A stretch of 35,672 bases of DNA. Origin: Intoshia linei. Taxonomy: Eukaryota; Animalia; Orthonectida. Positions 12,142 through 24,173 of the stretch are shown piece by piece. Both the position numbers and the translations under genes were made by a program. The notes under the pieces are model-generated. The model worked only from the letters and a program-made list of their open reading frames with translations, did no database searches and was not told where the DNA came from. The stretch lies in assembly GCA_001642005.1 (NCBI GenBank), contig LWCA01000262.1, positions 1-35,672 of the forward strand, read 5' to 3'. Numbering within the stretch: position 1 is the first letter of the stretch; each line of letters opens with the position of its first letter.

Positions 12142-12756
12142 TCCTTATATAAAATACTGTTTGTCTGTGGGTGTTATTTTTTATTTCAATAACTACGAGT
12201 CTTAGAATTTTATAAAGTCCACATTTCTGTTACAGTTTTTTCCGATGAAAGTAAAATAAATTTCAACCTCCCAAACTCACATATTACGGGTCAAAAAGTC
12301 CAATTGTCCTTTTTTGAAAATCAAAGGAGTTTGAGAATTTAAAAAAATATACATTCTGATACGGATTTTAACAGCATAAATTTAAATATAAAGAAAATAT
12401 ATCTTCAGGGACAAAACGACAAATTACCATTTTTTTTTAAATTTAAAACAGGCCTAGAATTAAAAAAAAATTACAGGTGGTACAGTTGTATCCTGTTAAC
12501 ACACACAGAAAAATTAAATCTAATTAAGTGACGCCTTCACGGTGAAAAATGCACTTTAGTACATATTTGTATTCATATTTTTTAATTTCGAAACTATTTT
12601 ATTAAAACAAAAAATGTGAAATAATTAACAGTCCGACAATTAAAAAAAGAGATCATTCTGATAGAGCGTATTCCAGTTGATATACATGTAAATACAAAAT
12701 TTCAACTCCAGAAATTTACGCATTCCCGGTGTCGTGGAATCGAATGACAAAACTAG
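12142..12756 (+). mobile_element. Most complete copy of the non-autonomous Helitron-like element
   Basis: The 5' end is A|TCCTTATATAAAATACTGTTTGTCTGTGGGTG. The 3' end is CATTCCCGGTGTCGTGGAATCGAATGACAAAACTAG (imperfect hairpin then CTAG). The base after CTAG is C rather than the canonical T. Confidence 0.7.
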
Positions 12757-13530
12757 CATTCTAATACATGGTTTCGAAATAATGTAGCATTATAATTTTG
12801 AATCCAGAAATGACATTTTCACGGGCAAACACGCATATTACCATCTAATATTTTGTAGTAAAAATCAGCACCGTACAAATTTTTTACTGTAAATTCTACA
12901 TTCATTATTTTAGAATTTGATTAAAAGTACAAGTATGAATAGTGCAAAAACATATCAACTAAGAATAAACACGCTTACTTATAACTAAAAATTTTTGTTC
13001 CAAACAGAATAGTTTAATCTAGGGTTTAAATATTAAAAAATTTAAATCTAAATAACATTATACATATATTATTGATATATAGTGCATTATCATACGAATA
13101 AAAAATGTTGATACATTAATATGTACAACTGCGTATTAAGTCTGAATTTAAGACGTACAAATAACTATTTCATAGTAAATCTTTTAAATTGAAATATATA
13201 AAAAGTAACAAAACGACGAAAATAATGCTTTACGTACAATATCGAGTATTATTCTTGAATCAATGTAACCCAGAATTAAAAAAATGTCTACTTTCTCAAA
13301 ATTTTTACCAATAAATAACCTTATTATTGACAATATTTTGAATTACAACGACTTTTGTCGAATGTGTTCTCATTTCAGAATATAAAGTATTATAAATATA
13401 TTCATAATTCGATATTAATCCAAAGTATGACATGAACAATGTTCATTGAACATTGATGTAGTCATGATGTTAACTAAAAATATTTCAATACAAAAAAATC
13501 AAACAACAAATGATTTATTTAGTATATACA

Positions 13531-14044
13531 TTAAAATGTATAACTTAAAATAACAATTTTATCGTGAAGAAATTTGGGCCGATAAGTAGAAGATGAATCT
13601 AGGATTTTAAAACCAATAAATCGTAACATTCTCAAAATTTTGTTAAAATGGAGATTGGTTGAATCAATACAAAATAAGACAATTTTGCATTTATCATAAG
13701 AATTTTCGATTTTATCAATAAATGTAATTAGAGCATCTCTAGATCCTTTAATAAGAAATTCATTATCAACCATGACGTATATGGAGTCATTAGAAATTTT
13801 AAAACAAGTTTCGTCAGGAATTATGCATTTCCAGTTTATATACCGATTTTCGTTTGTGTTTGTTTTTATTGTAATAATACCGTCAAAAATACTGCAGTGG
13901 CCCAGCGTCACGTTGCTTAGTAGTCATGAACATTGAGTCGTCCCTAGAAAAGATTTAAATTACAGTACAAAAATCATACTTTGAATTCTCTATATTTAAC
14001 ATTGATGTTTCTATCAACTCTTTCAACTTTTTATGTTGTAACAT
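13531..14044 (-). CDS. OAZ: Ornithine decarboxylase antizyme (ORF1 + ORF2 joined by programmed +1 ribosomal frameshift; about 158 aa)
   Basis: ORF1 starts at ATG 14044, has a 36-nt intron at 13979-13944, and reads ...RDAGPLQYF-TGA (41 codons). The +1 frame continues DGIITIK...GSRDALITFIDKIE..YDKCKIVLFCID...KILRMLRFIGFKIL...P......ILSYTF, matching the ODC_AZ domain (GSK.....LL..AEE, L...F.FLGF.I). Confidence 0.93.
13882..13903 (-). other. Programmed +1 frameshift site GGG CCA CTG CAG TAT TTT TGA C
   Basis: TTT at 13888-13886 and TGA at 13885-13883. The upstream GGG CC context parallels the metazoan antizyme GGG CCN .. .. .. TCC TGA site. Confidence 0.9.
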
Positions 14045-15056
14045 TTAATTTAAGAGCAAATACAGCTGCGACAATTTAACTTTATCACTGTGCGATCAAT
14101 CTTTTATAATTTAGTTTCTATACTTACAAACAACGTTCCACATCTATAATAGATCAAGAACTGATTCTATCAATTTGTGAATATCAAATCCAAGGATATC
14201 ATATCCAACTTAGAAATAATTCCTTGGACCAATTTTGTTTTTTTAATTTATGCGTTTATAAGTATTGTTTATTTATTTGTTACGTTGAAATACTAGGATC
14301 AAAATTTACATTAAAATCAATATCTACTTTTTGGAAACGTATATAGTATATACGTATGCGTATAACTTATTAAAATGTTTGTATTTAAAATATAGACATA
14401 GTTTACCAGAAACAATTTTATTATGACCAAAAATGTACTTGAGTAGTAACTCTAAAATTATTCGAAATAACAAGGTGTATTTTTCTGGGTATAGGCCAAA
14501 TAAAATTAGTTTTTAACGTCATTATTATGTTTCTATTCTGATGTTAGATAAATAAACTACACGTTATTATTGAATAATATGTATTTTAAATCTGATAATT
14601 TATCAGTGATAAATGTTGTCTATTGTGGTCTATTTTAATTTAAAGATAAACTTTTGAAATTCACTTCAATGATCGCAAAGTATGTGTGTTTAACCGTAAA
14701 CTTAATTTAAGTCTTAAATTATACAATTAATTGTAAATTGGATTGTTTGCTGAAATTAAATTTTTATCAAATGAAAAAATTTCGACGCACTGAACCAAGG
14801 TATTTATAGGACGGAGATCTAAATTAAAATGAAAACTAACATGATTTTCTTGTAATCATTTTGTAACATTACATTGTACCTATTTTATCGCAAGTTTATT
14901 CCAGTTGATAAAAAGCCCACTTTAACTTTAAAAATTTTTTTACATGATTTAGATTTTGTCTAATTTTTCTATATCAGAACACTTTCAACCCTGCATTATA
15001 ATAATATCACCTAAAATCCGAAAAAATTGGATTCAATATTTTATTTAAATACATTG

Positions 15057-15872
15057 CTAATTTTCAATATTAATAAAATTAATTTCTAAATAAGTAAAAT
15101 TTAATACATTAATAATGTAATATGATAAAAATTTACCCTCTACAAAATATGCCATATTTTAATATATTAGCATATAAAACTTACTATTTAAACGGTCTTC
15201 TAAATTGATTTTGAATGAATTAATTAGTTAACGATTACATACAATTTATGGCATATGGACAAAATGCGTCCCCCGATACTTTTGATCCGTGATACAATGA
15301 ATACACGGATATTAGTTATATGATTTTACTAAAATCATAACTAGGATGTCAAATTTTTTAGTGGACCCTCTTTATTGTAATATTTTATGAATGATAGTAT
15401 ATGAAAAAATATAACATTACTTACTATAATTAAAGCAAATGTAATATTAAAATTAATGAGTCAAGCATATATTTTTATTTTAGGTATACTTCCTGATTAA
15501 TAAAGTAGGTAAAGTAAATTTAAAATACAATGATATTTTCACATAAATGTAACAATTAATATTAACAAAAATTACCTACTAGATTATATTTATATATTGA
15601 CGAATATATATGTTTCATTTACATTCTACAAATTGAATTTATTAACAGTTTTAATATTAATTTACTCATCATATTAAATATATTATTATCATATCATATT
15701 AAAAATTATTATTAAATTGAAAAAAATAAATAAAATACCCACTAAACTTTAAAATTAAAACTAGCCAAAAATATAATATTTAATATTACAAGCTTTAAAA
15801 ATAATTTATAAAAAATAATAATTATAACATAATTTAATGTAATTTTTTAATAATTACTTAAATTATCTCCGT
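15057..15872 (-). other. Microexon array of paralog A (seven 3-nt exons, two 15-nt exons)
   Basis: AG|exon|GT at 15872-15858 (15 nt), 15792-90 CTT, 15741-39 TGG, 15625-23 AAT, 15578-76 TAG, 15492-90 GAA, 15423-21 TAA, 15199-85 (15 nt), 15139-37 AGG, and terminal exon 15085-15057. Confidence 0.8.
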
Positions 15873-18800
15873 CTATAAATGTATGGTTATGTATTATTAT
15901 TTATAATACCTTGTAAATTATTATCTTGGCAACTATTGTCTGTACAATTCTCTAAAAAATTAGTAAAATATAAAAATTCAAACCTTTGCAAATCTCACCA
16001 TCGAGGTAGAATCCAGATTTGCACAATAAACACGTTTCTCGATTGTCTTTACAATTGCTGCAATTTTCTATAACACATTCTAAAATTTATAATGTAATTA
16101 TATATATTACTATTAATAAATTACTTTCACATCCTTTTGGAATAAATTTGTATCCTTCTCTGCAATTTGTACATAATACTCCATTAGTTGATATACATCC
16201 TTCTACTTCTTCGATACCTAGAAATGTATACACATCTTGATAGACAAACTTTTGCACGTTGAACCGTCCTTCACAAAGCCATTCAAACATATTGAACATT
16301 TCGTTAGTTTATTTTCGTAGCAGTTTTTACAATTGGCAATTTCACAAACTACATATTAGTTTATACATGAAATTGTACGGATTGGAATCATTTACACCAG
16401 TGACCACCAAACAATTACAGGCAAACCTGACCTGCCATTTTATAAAAATTATTATTAATCAATGATTAGTAATTATTATGACCCTCATTAACTTAATAAA
16501 CTTGTGAAATGCGGATATTGTGCTGTTGATGATGCAACTATTAATACTATAATCACATCTAGACAATTAGAAACTTATTATTAATGCAAATATTAGTAGA
16601 ACAAATCAATATTTTTAATGTTCGATTTTTGTCTGTTTTTTATCATTTTGTTTGGAAAGTAAATCAAAACGTTAGTGGTAGTGATTATGCTCGGGAAAAT
16701 AACAGAGACGCAAATTCCCGGGTTTCCCAAATAAAATTGTTGAACAAATTAAAAAATAAATAATATGCAACATTTTGTTGAAATATGAATGTAAAGGTGA
16801 TAAAGCAGTGGGTAAGGTTTGAAACCAAATGAAAATGAATAAACATAAACTATAGATGAAACAAACAAATAATTCCATTTATAAAACAAATGAAAACCAC
16901 ATTAAAAAATAATTAATTAATCAAACAATTGATAGTTGAGCTGATGTGTAGTGAGGGCAATAGCTAAAAGTGAATTTAATATGGAGATGTTAAGAATAAT
17001 ATGTTTTACAAAATTTATAAGTAACGAAACGAGAACCCGTTTAAAGGACAAATCTATAAACATGTTATGTGTTTTAAAACACTTTTTAAATATTATCACA
17101 TAAACACACGTATCAAATAAATTTTTTTTATATTTCTCGGAAAATCACAATCACTAGGTAGTGGTCACTGATCAATACCTTCACATGTAGTTTCGTTTAC
17201 AAGTGTAAACCCATCAGTACATTTCGTACAAAATAGGCCATTGCACTTGGTGCAATTTTGAATTTCAGAACAATCTAATTAATAATTTAAGATATTTATA
17301 TACATATTTATCTGATTTACCTGTGCATGTTGAATTTTTTAGATAAAATTCTTTGTAGCAATGTAGACAGGTTATACCGTTACAACTATAGCATATTGAT
17401 TTGTCGCATTCTAGAAATGTAGAAAAGTTACATTTTAGTTTAATATACAGTGCATCAGAGCTACTTCACCTTTTGTCTAGAACGTCCCATTTTATACGTT
17501 TTTTTGTGACCCGAATTTTAAATATTATCGAAATACTGCTATTTAATCGTTAGACCCAAACCTGATATGGTTGTGAGATATTGAATAATATACACTGTAT
17601 ATCCTTAATAAAGATATTGTATGGATTCCTTACATACATGTACAGGACACTGTACATTGTACAGTCAACTCTCTCTATAAGAACAACTCAAAAGACTCAA
17701 CTCAACTACAAAAGAAGACAACTACAATACTTAGAGAGAGTCGAAAATTAGTGTAGTGCATAATAAAAATGTTAGCACATTAGAGCAGAAAATGTACTAT
17801 ATATTGAAAACTGTTTTTATAGACAGTGTTCTTATAGACAGAGTTTACTGTATATAAAGTAAAAATTTCTAAATATTTATGTGTTTTAAATATTTATTCA
17901 GAAAACATACGACCCAGAAATTTCAAATATAAAAATTATAAATGAGTTTTATCCGACTTGGATAAAGATCTGGTCTGGTCTCTAATAAAGTGTCAGATTC
18001 ATGGCCAAAACCCTAAATTACCAAATTTTTTTTATAAATGAAAAAATAATAAAGAAATTCATAGAATTTTAAAAAACACAAATTCTCAGATATTTTTTAA
18101 AATCGTGAGCATTATCATAAATTATATCATAAATAACTGACATTTTCACAGTCAAAACCGTAAATGAACAATTATATTGAAAAATTAAAAACCTAAATGT
18201 TCTAGAATTTAAAATATCTCGCAGCTAATATAGAGATTTCCAGTTAATATACACAAAAAATTTCTATCCCTGAAAGTTACTCATTCACAATAAAAAAATA
18301 AATACTATTTTATCTTTTTTTGAAAGTTTACCTACTGGTTTCTACTAAATTACAAAATAAGCAATATAAATGTATAAAATCCAATAATTCATTTTTTGTA
18401 AAAGAAAATTGGTTGCTTTAATGAGCAACCGAAAAAATCGTCGCGGTTTTGAAAAGATTCCATCATATAAAATTTATATTATAAATAAACGATAGTTTCA
18501 CATTATAAATAATCTAAGATAGAAAATGATACGTGCGCATATTTTCTCTGTCGTTAGAAAAAAATCGACATCACAACTTGTACAACTATTTGGTTTTTGA
18601 TTCATGCATGTTTTACAACTAGGATCACATTCTAAAAATGGGAATTTTCAAATTTTAAATTTTTACTTATATAATATGCTGTTTGTCTGTGTGTATGTGT
18701 GTTATCGTTTATTTCAATAACTACCAGTCTTAGAATTTTATAAAGTCCACATTTCAATTACAGTTTTTTCCGGGAATTTTAGAAAAATACATTTCAACCT

Positions 18801-21800
18801 TCAAAACATCTTACGGGTCAAAAAGCCCAATTGTTTTTTTTTGAAAATCAAACGAATTCGAGAATTTAAAAAAGTATATACTCTGATACGGATTTTAAAA
18901 TCATAAATATTATCATAAATTTAAATTAAAAAAAATATATATCTTATAATAATTATGAAATATAATAAAAATATGTTAATAATAATTTGACTGTTTTTAC
19001 TTTATTTATAATATTATACACACATTGTATCTAATAAATTAAAAAAATGGAATAACAATTGTTTTTAATTCTTTACACAAATGTTAACAAAACAAAATTA
19101 ACATGATATAATTCACTTTAAAGTAAAACATAATTTGATATGACGGTTCAACCTGAAACAAGTTTAGGAACCACTCCTTTAAAGGATTGATAATAGTGAA
19201 TAGTATGATTTTTAAGTTAGATTTTCAACGTGAATTTATTTTTTGTGTAGAATAAAAATGTGCCCTCGACAGAGCTATGTGCTGTTTGTACATAGTACAT
19301 AACAGTCAACTTAGTTTTATAAAAATTTACATTACTTTCACATATATTTGACGTCACAGGTGGATTGGTTTTATAATATCCATCCAAACAAACGGTGCAC
19401 AAATCTGGAGCAGTGCTACATTCTTTGCAAGGTTTATTACAAGCTACAACAAATGTTATTAGAAAATGATAATAAATTATTTTTTATTGTTTCGTGGAAT
19501 TGATATTAAAAGTTCAAGTACCATAACATTCTTTGGTTGTCGGTACAAAGTATCGCCCAGATATACATGTTTTGCAAGTTTGATAATTTACTTCACATTC
19601 AGCACACGTCGAATTACAGTCTAATAAAATGTACAGTATTCATGATTAATCCAAGTCAAAGTTATAAAATGATAAAAACAATAATGTAAATCTAAATTAA
19701 TTGGCAAATTACAATATTATAAGCTTATATATTATAGGTATTTCTTCTAAAACTAATTTCATCTCATACTACATAACAGAAAAAGCATTAAAAATGTTTC
19801 ATGGAAAACGAAATAATTGTTTGAAAAATTTTTTTAACATTATGAACTCTGAAATACGTTTTATCAGATTTACAACATGACACTACAAGGCATTGCAGGG
19901 GACTGTGGCATTAGAAAAAATGCATTAAATTTTTTTGAGGATATTCTGTAGTAAGCGCAATTGTTTCTCTTATATTTTCATTTATAAGTAAAAATATAAA
20001 CGTGACTATATATAATATGCATACGTTTTTTCAAAACATTATGAATTTATATAAAAATCACCTCTACAATCAAATGATGCGTTTGGTAAAGTTATTTTAA
20101 GTTGATTTCTTCGACACTCTAAACATTTAATATTAAATTTTAATATAATATTAATAATTTAAAAATTTTTAAAAGTATGTTCGACGTTGATACGGCACTG
20201 ATAGTGTGTAGCATATTGTTCAAAGAGACACAAATACATTTTGCTTTTTTACAAAAAATTTTTAGTTAAATTAAATATGCCCTTAGCCTACTTATAAGTA
20301 CATTGTATATTGTATTATAATACTTTAATAATAGTTTTAAATGGGAACAGTGGTTTTTTACAAAAAATAACCAATAAACCTTTTAAAATGTGCTGTTCAT
20401 AACAAACCATAGAATTATTGGAAAATAATCTAATTATAGTAGGAGTCTTGCAATGCGATCTGAAGCACAAACTTAAAAAGTTCATCCATAACCATCATTC
20501 AATAACGGCCATTAATGAACTTGCGCCGTATTGCAAAGTTCTACTTGTAGTCTATGTTTATTCAAAGTATAACATAGTACCTGCACAGTATCCTGCACGG
20601 GTATTGGTATCATAAAGAGTTAGAGTTAAATTGCAACCTAAAATATTTTTATATTACACATCGTACGCTCTTGATATATGTTAATAAATTGTACTTTCGC
20701 ATTGATCAGTGATTGTATTTAAATAAGTGGACTCATTACAAGATGTACACTTATTGGCTTTTACCGCACACGATTTACACGATGTATTACAAACTAAATA
20801 TAAAAAGTTTTAAAAAGATAGTATATTTTGTTACGTGAACAGTTCCCTGCAGATGTAGTGCTATTACTAATTGTCAAAAATTCATTATCAGTACAACCTA
20901 TTAAATTATAGCCGATTAAAACAATAAAATAAAATAAAAACTGACGCAGGCTCCGCGTGGACCTTGACTTGTTGCATTATTGGTGGATAGCACCAAAAAT
21001 TGGTTTTCAGTGCAGTCTAAATAAAAAATATGTAAATATCAACAGAATTTTTACTTTTACACTTTCCCGTGGTCAAATTTGTGTTTATAATTGTGTAATA
21101 TTCATTAAGTTTGCAAACTAAACATTAAGTTGAATACTTAAAATATATACATAGCAGATGGTAATCTGTATAACCATCAACCTAAGAATGTATGAACCGA
21201 TCCGGTCCGCCTTAAAATGACCGTAATTCATTTACTGAGAATTAAAAAATATTCAGTATTTTAAAATAATAATACATATGAATTTTAATACGAAATTAAC
21301 AAATTATTATAAACAGAAATTACTTTGAGAGCCCTGATATGTCTGACATGAATGTGAAAAAAGTTTATCAGCCCCTTTTATATAGAAAAAATTTATTATA
21401 CTTACCTCCACATGTAAAATCTTCTAACAACACTTTGTCGTCAACACAACTGGTGCAGTGGTCTGATTCTTCTATGCAAGTTTTGCACAATATATCGCAA
21501 TCTATTATTTTAATGCTTTAATGATTGTATATATACTACGTATATATGTATATTGTATTGTATAATAATTTATTTTAATATTTACTGATTTGAAAACAGA
21601 TTTAAAGATATACAGATGTACTACATATCAAACTTGAATTTCCACAATTTTTGCATCGATCCCAGAGGTTTGGCAACCTTTTGCGTCTTGTGGGTCACGT
21701 TTTTATATCAAAAAATTCTTCGGTCCCCGTTTTTGAAAATTTACACATGATACATTTCAATTTTGACTAAAGAGAAACGATTCTAGTGTATTCAACAAAA

Positions 21801-24173
21801 TAATATTCAGGGCATATGAAAATTCAGAATTAAAATGATTATAATGAGCCAATTATAATAGAAAATGTTTAAAAGTTTAAAAGTTAAAGATTTTTTAACA
21901 TTAATTATTTTTAATTTTTAATTAGCATTCAGAAAAATGGTTCATTATCTCGAAGGCACGATTGTACGACCTTTGTGTATATGTCTAACAAGATTTATTA
22001 CAAGTTTCATTGATTATATTACAAGTTATATTAGTAATTTTTAGAAAAGGTGTATTTATCTTAAAGGCTGTACGTATTATTATTTTTTAATGGCTAATAA
22101 TAACGTTCTATAAGTCAATCGCACCCAGTCTTTTTGATTTTGCAATGCGTTTCATATAGTTAAAATATTCGAATCCCTCATAATTTTGTTATAATAATTA
22201 TTTACCTTTACATTCCGACAAATCAGTTAAATATTCATTATCCAAACATGAAGTACAGCTATATGATTTGAAATTGCAAGTTTTACAACTTGTGTCACAA
22301 TCTATAAAAATAAATTGAATAAATTAATAAATTAATAATAAATTAAAAAGAATCGTTTTAGTTTATATAACAGTATATGGCTTTGCCGACGAAAGACGTT
22401 TGCAGATATTTTTCATTATTTTATTAATCACAAAATTAAATTTAATTTTTTATATTATATTAAAAATTGTTTTAAAATAAATTAACAGACTTTTGATAAT
22501 TCACTTACCAAAAATGCAAATAATCTAAATACACTTCAATTATTTTCGAAATGTTAATGGGAGTTATATTACAGTTGTATGTTAAATTTTAGTAAATGTG
22601 TAAAAACTCGAAGTAACCAATTTTTGTATTTCAAGTATATAAATTCATTCTTAATTTTTTAGAAGTGTATGATGAATATTAAATTTACATTTTTCATTAT
22701 AATTCAAAAAATTTAATAAAAAGTGACGGACGAAATATTAAAATTCGTTTGACCGGTAATATGTAGATTTCTGAGTTTAAATTTTTTTCTCTAGGTTACC
22801 TGGAATAAACAGAACCAGAGTAATCTTTTTTTAAATTATAGGATCATCCTTTACTTATATAAAATTAAGTGTCTGTGTGTTACCTTTTATTTAAAAATTA
22901 ATTATGAATAAATGAGTATATAATAAATTTGTTTTTCGACCGTGAAGGCGTACCTTTTTGAGATTTAATTTTTTTGTGTAAGTTAACTGGAATAATTATA
23001 TTAGATGTAATTTTTTTAAAATTCAATGACTATTTCATTGGTTTTTTATTTTTCAATAATTGGTAATTTGTGGTTTTGACAATGAAGATAGAAAATTTAA
23101 ATACAAAAATTGATGACACTGCAGTTATTTTGAAAACTGTATGAGATTGTGAATTTTTTATAATTCAGGGATTCATAAATAATAAATAATAAATTATTTT
23201 TTATTCAATTATTGGGCGGCCAAAACTCATGTCGTGGGTCAGCTTTTGGATCATTCGTTTAAAATGAATATTAAATGATAATTTTATTTTCTTGTACCGT
23301 AACATTCTCCAATCGATGCAGTCTCATTGGTATAAATTAAGTACTGATTAGTTTGACATTCTAGATATTTCAAAATTTAATGAATTTAAATTGATTATGT
23401 ACCGATGCATGTACCATTTAAGATGTATCTATCATATTGACAATTTATGCATGATGTTTCTTCTATGCCTATGCATTTATTACATGTTTCGTGGCAAACT
23501 ACAAAAAATCTTAAAACTGAAAATCGCGTAATATAAACCATAACAGATACCCAATCTTGTTGATTTATCTGTTATAACCAGAGAGTTTTCTTCAGGGCAA
23601 ACTAATTTTGAATTTCAAATTTTATTTAAAGCTGGATACGTGTACACTTTCCAGTATTCAAAAATTGTGGAGATGTACAACTTGTGCAATCGGTATATGT
23701 TTGATTTTGACACGTTAAGCAGTTTTGGTGACAACCTAGAATGCGATTTAAATTAAATTAAAACAATATTTTACATGTAAAATCTATAAATATATATCTA
23801 TTATAATAAAACCTTCACATCCACCATCTATGTTCAAAAATTCAGTATCTTTGCAACTAAGGCAATTGATTGCATACTTCTCGTTACAACTTTGACAGGT
23901 AGCATGACAGTCTATATTATTTTAATTGTATTTAAAATTTAAGTACGTGAACAAACTGAAAACCATTCCATAAAATCCATTTTTGTATACCATTTGTATT
24001 GATTTTCAGAGCAATCTAAATTAAATTAATTTTCTGATTCACCAAGATGTACTTTGTGATTCTGAACCCATTATACCTGATACTATACCTGTGAGGGCGT
24101 ATGAAAGAGATTCACCATTCGATCCGTTATATAAGCAAAGTATAAATCCAAAAATGAAAATATTTTTATGCAT
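15057..24173 (-). CDS. Secreted furin-like cysteine-rich repeat protein, paralog A (about 34 exons including 3-nt microexons)
   Basis: ATG 24173 begins MHKNIFIFGFILCLYNGSNG (signal-peptide-like). Exons encode CHATCQSCNEKYAINCLSCKDTEFLNIDGGCE, CHQNCLTCQNQTYTDCTSCTSPQFLNTGKC, CSEIQNCTKCNGLFCTKCTDGFTLVNETTCE and similar repeats. Introns checked are phase 1. The predicted stop is TAG at 15059-15057. No protease or transmembrane domain was seen. Confidence 0.82.
17662..17850. mobile_element. MITE, pogo/Tigger-like (Tc1/mariner superfamily), 189 bp
   Basis: TIRs CAGTCAACTCTCTCTATAAGAACA / CAGTAAACTCTGTCTATAAGAACA (22 of 24 match), with TA on both flanks. Confidence 0.85.
17995..18300 (+). repeat. 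Internal fragment of the Helitron-like family
   Basis: Two tandem units plus the tccagttaatatacacaaaaaattt block shared with 2700-3020. Confidence 0.6.
18663..18945 (+). mobile_element. 5' half of the Helitron-like element
   Basis: ttacttatataatatgctgtttgtctgtgtg...tcttagaattttataaagtccacatttc is near-identical to 12142-12400 and to the reverse complement of 9135-9318. Confidence 0.75.
22847..23170. repeat. Rearranged Helitron-like fragments (5' end on +, internal part on -)
   Basis: atcctttacttatataaaa...gtgtctgtgtgttacc is followed by the inverted internal segment gaccgtgaaggcgt...gttaactggaa...ggtaatttgtggttttgac. Confidence 0.6.

Noticed and set aside
14189-14355. Short inverted repeats upstream of antizyme (TCCAAGGA...TCCTTGGA; ACGTATATAGTATATACGT)
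   Set aside because: Arms of 8-9 bp are expected by chance at this AT content, and there are no ncRNA box motifs or supporting conservation.
15312-15345. Palindrome TATGATTTTACTAAAATCATA in an array intron
   Set aside because: It is absent from the equivalent intron of paralog B and is probably a transposon relic.
15725-15800. Hydrophobic reading (ILYFWLVLILKF, and IIYFLFVLMLMF in paralog B) as a TM or GPI exon
   Set aside because: The frame is preceded by a stop or lacks a usable acceptor. T-rich intron sequence mimics hydrophobic codons, and the microexon model explains the conservation better.
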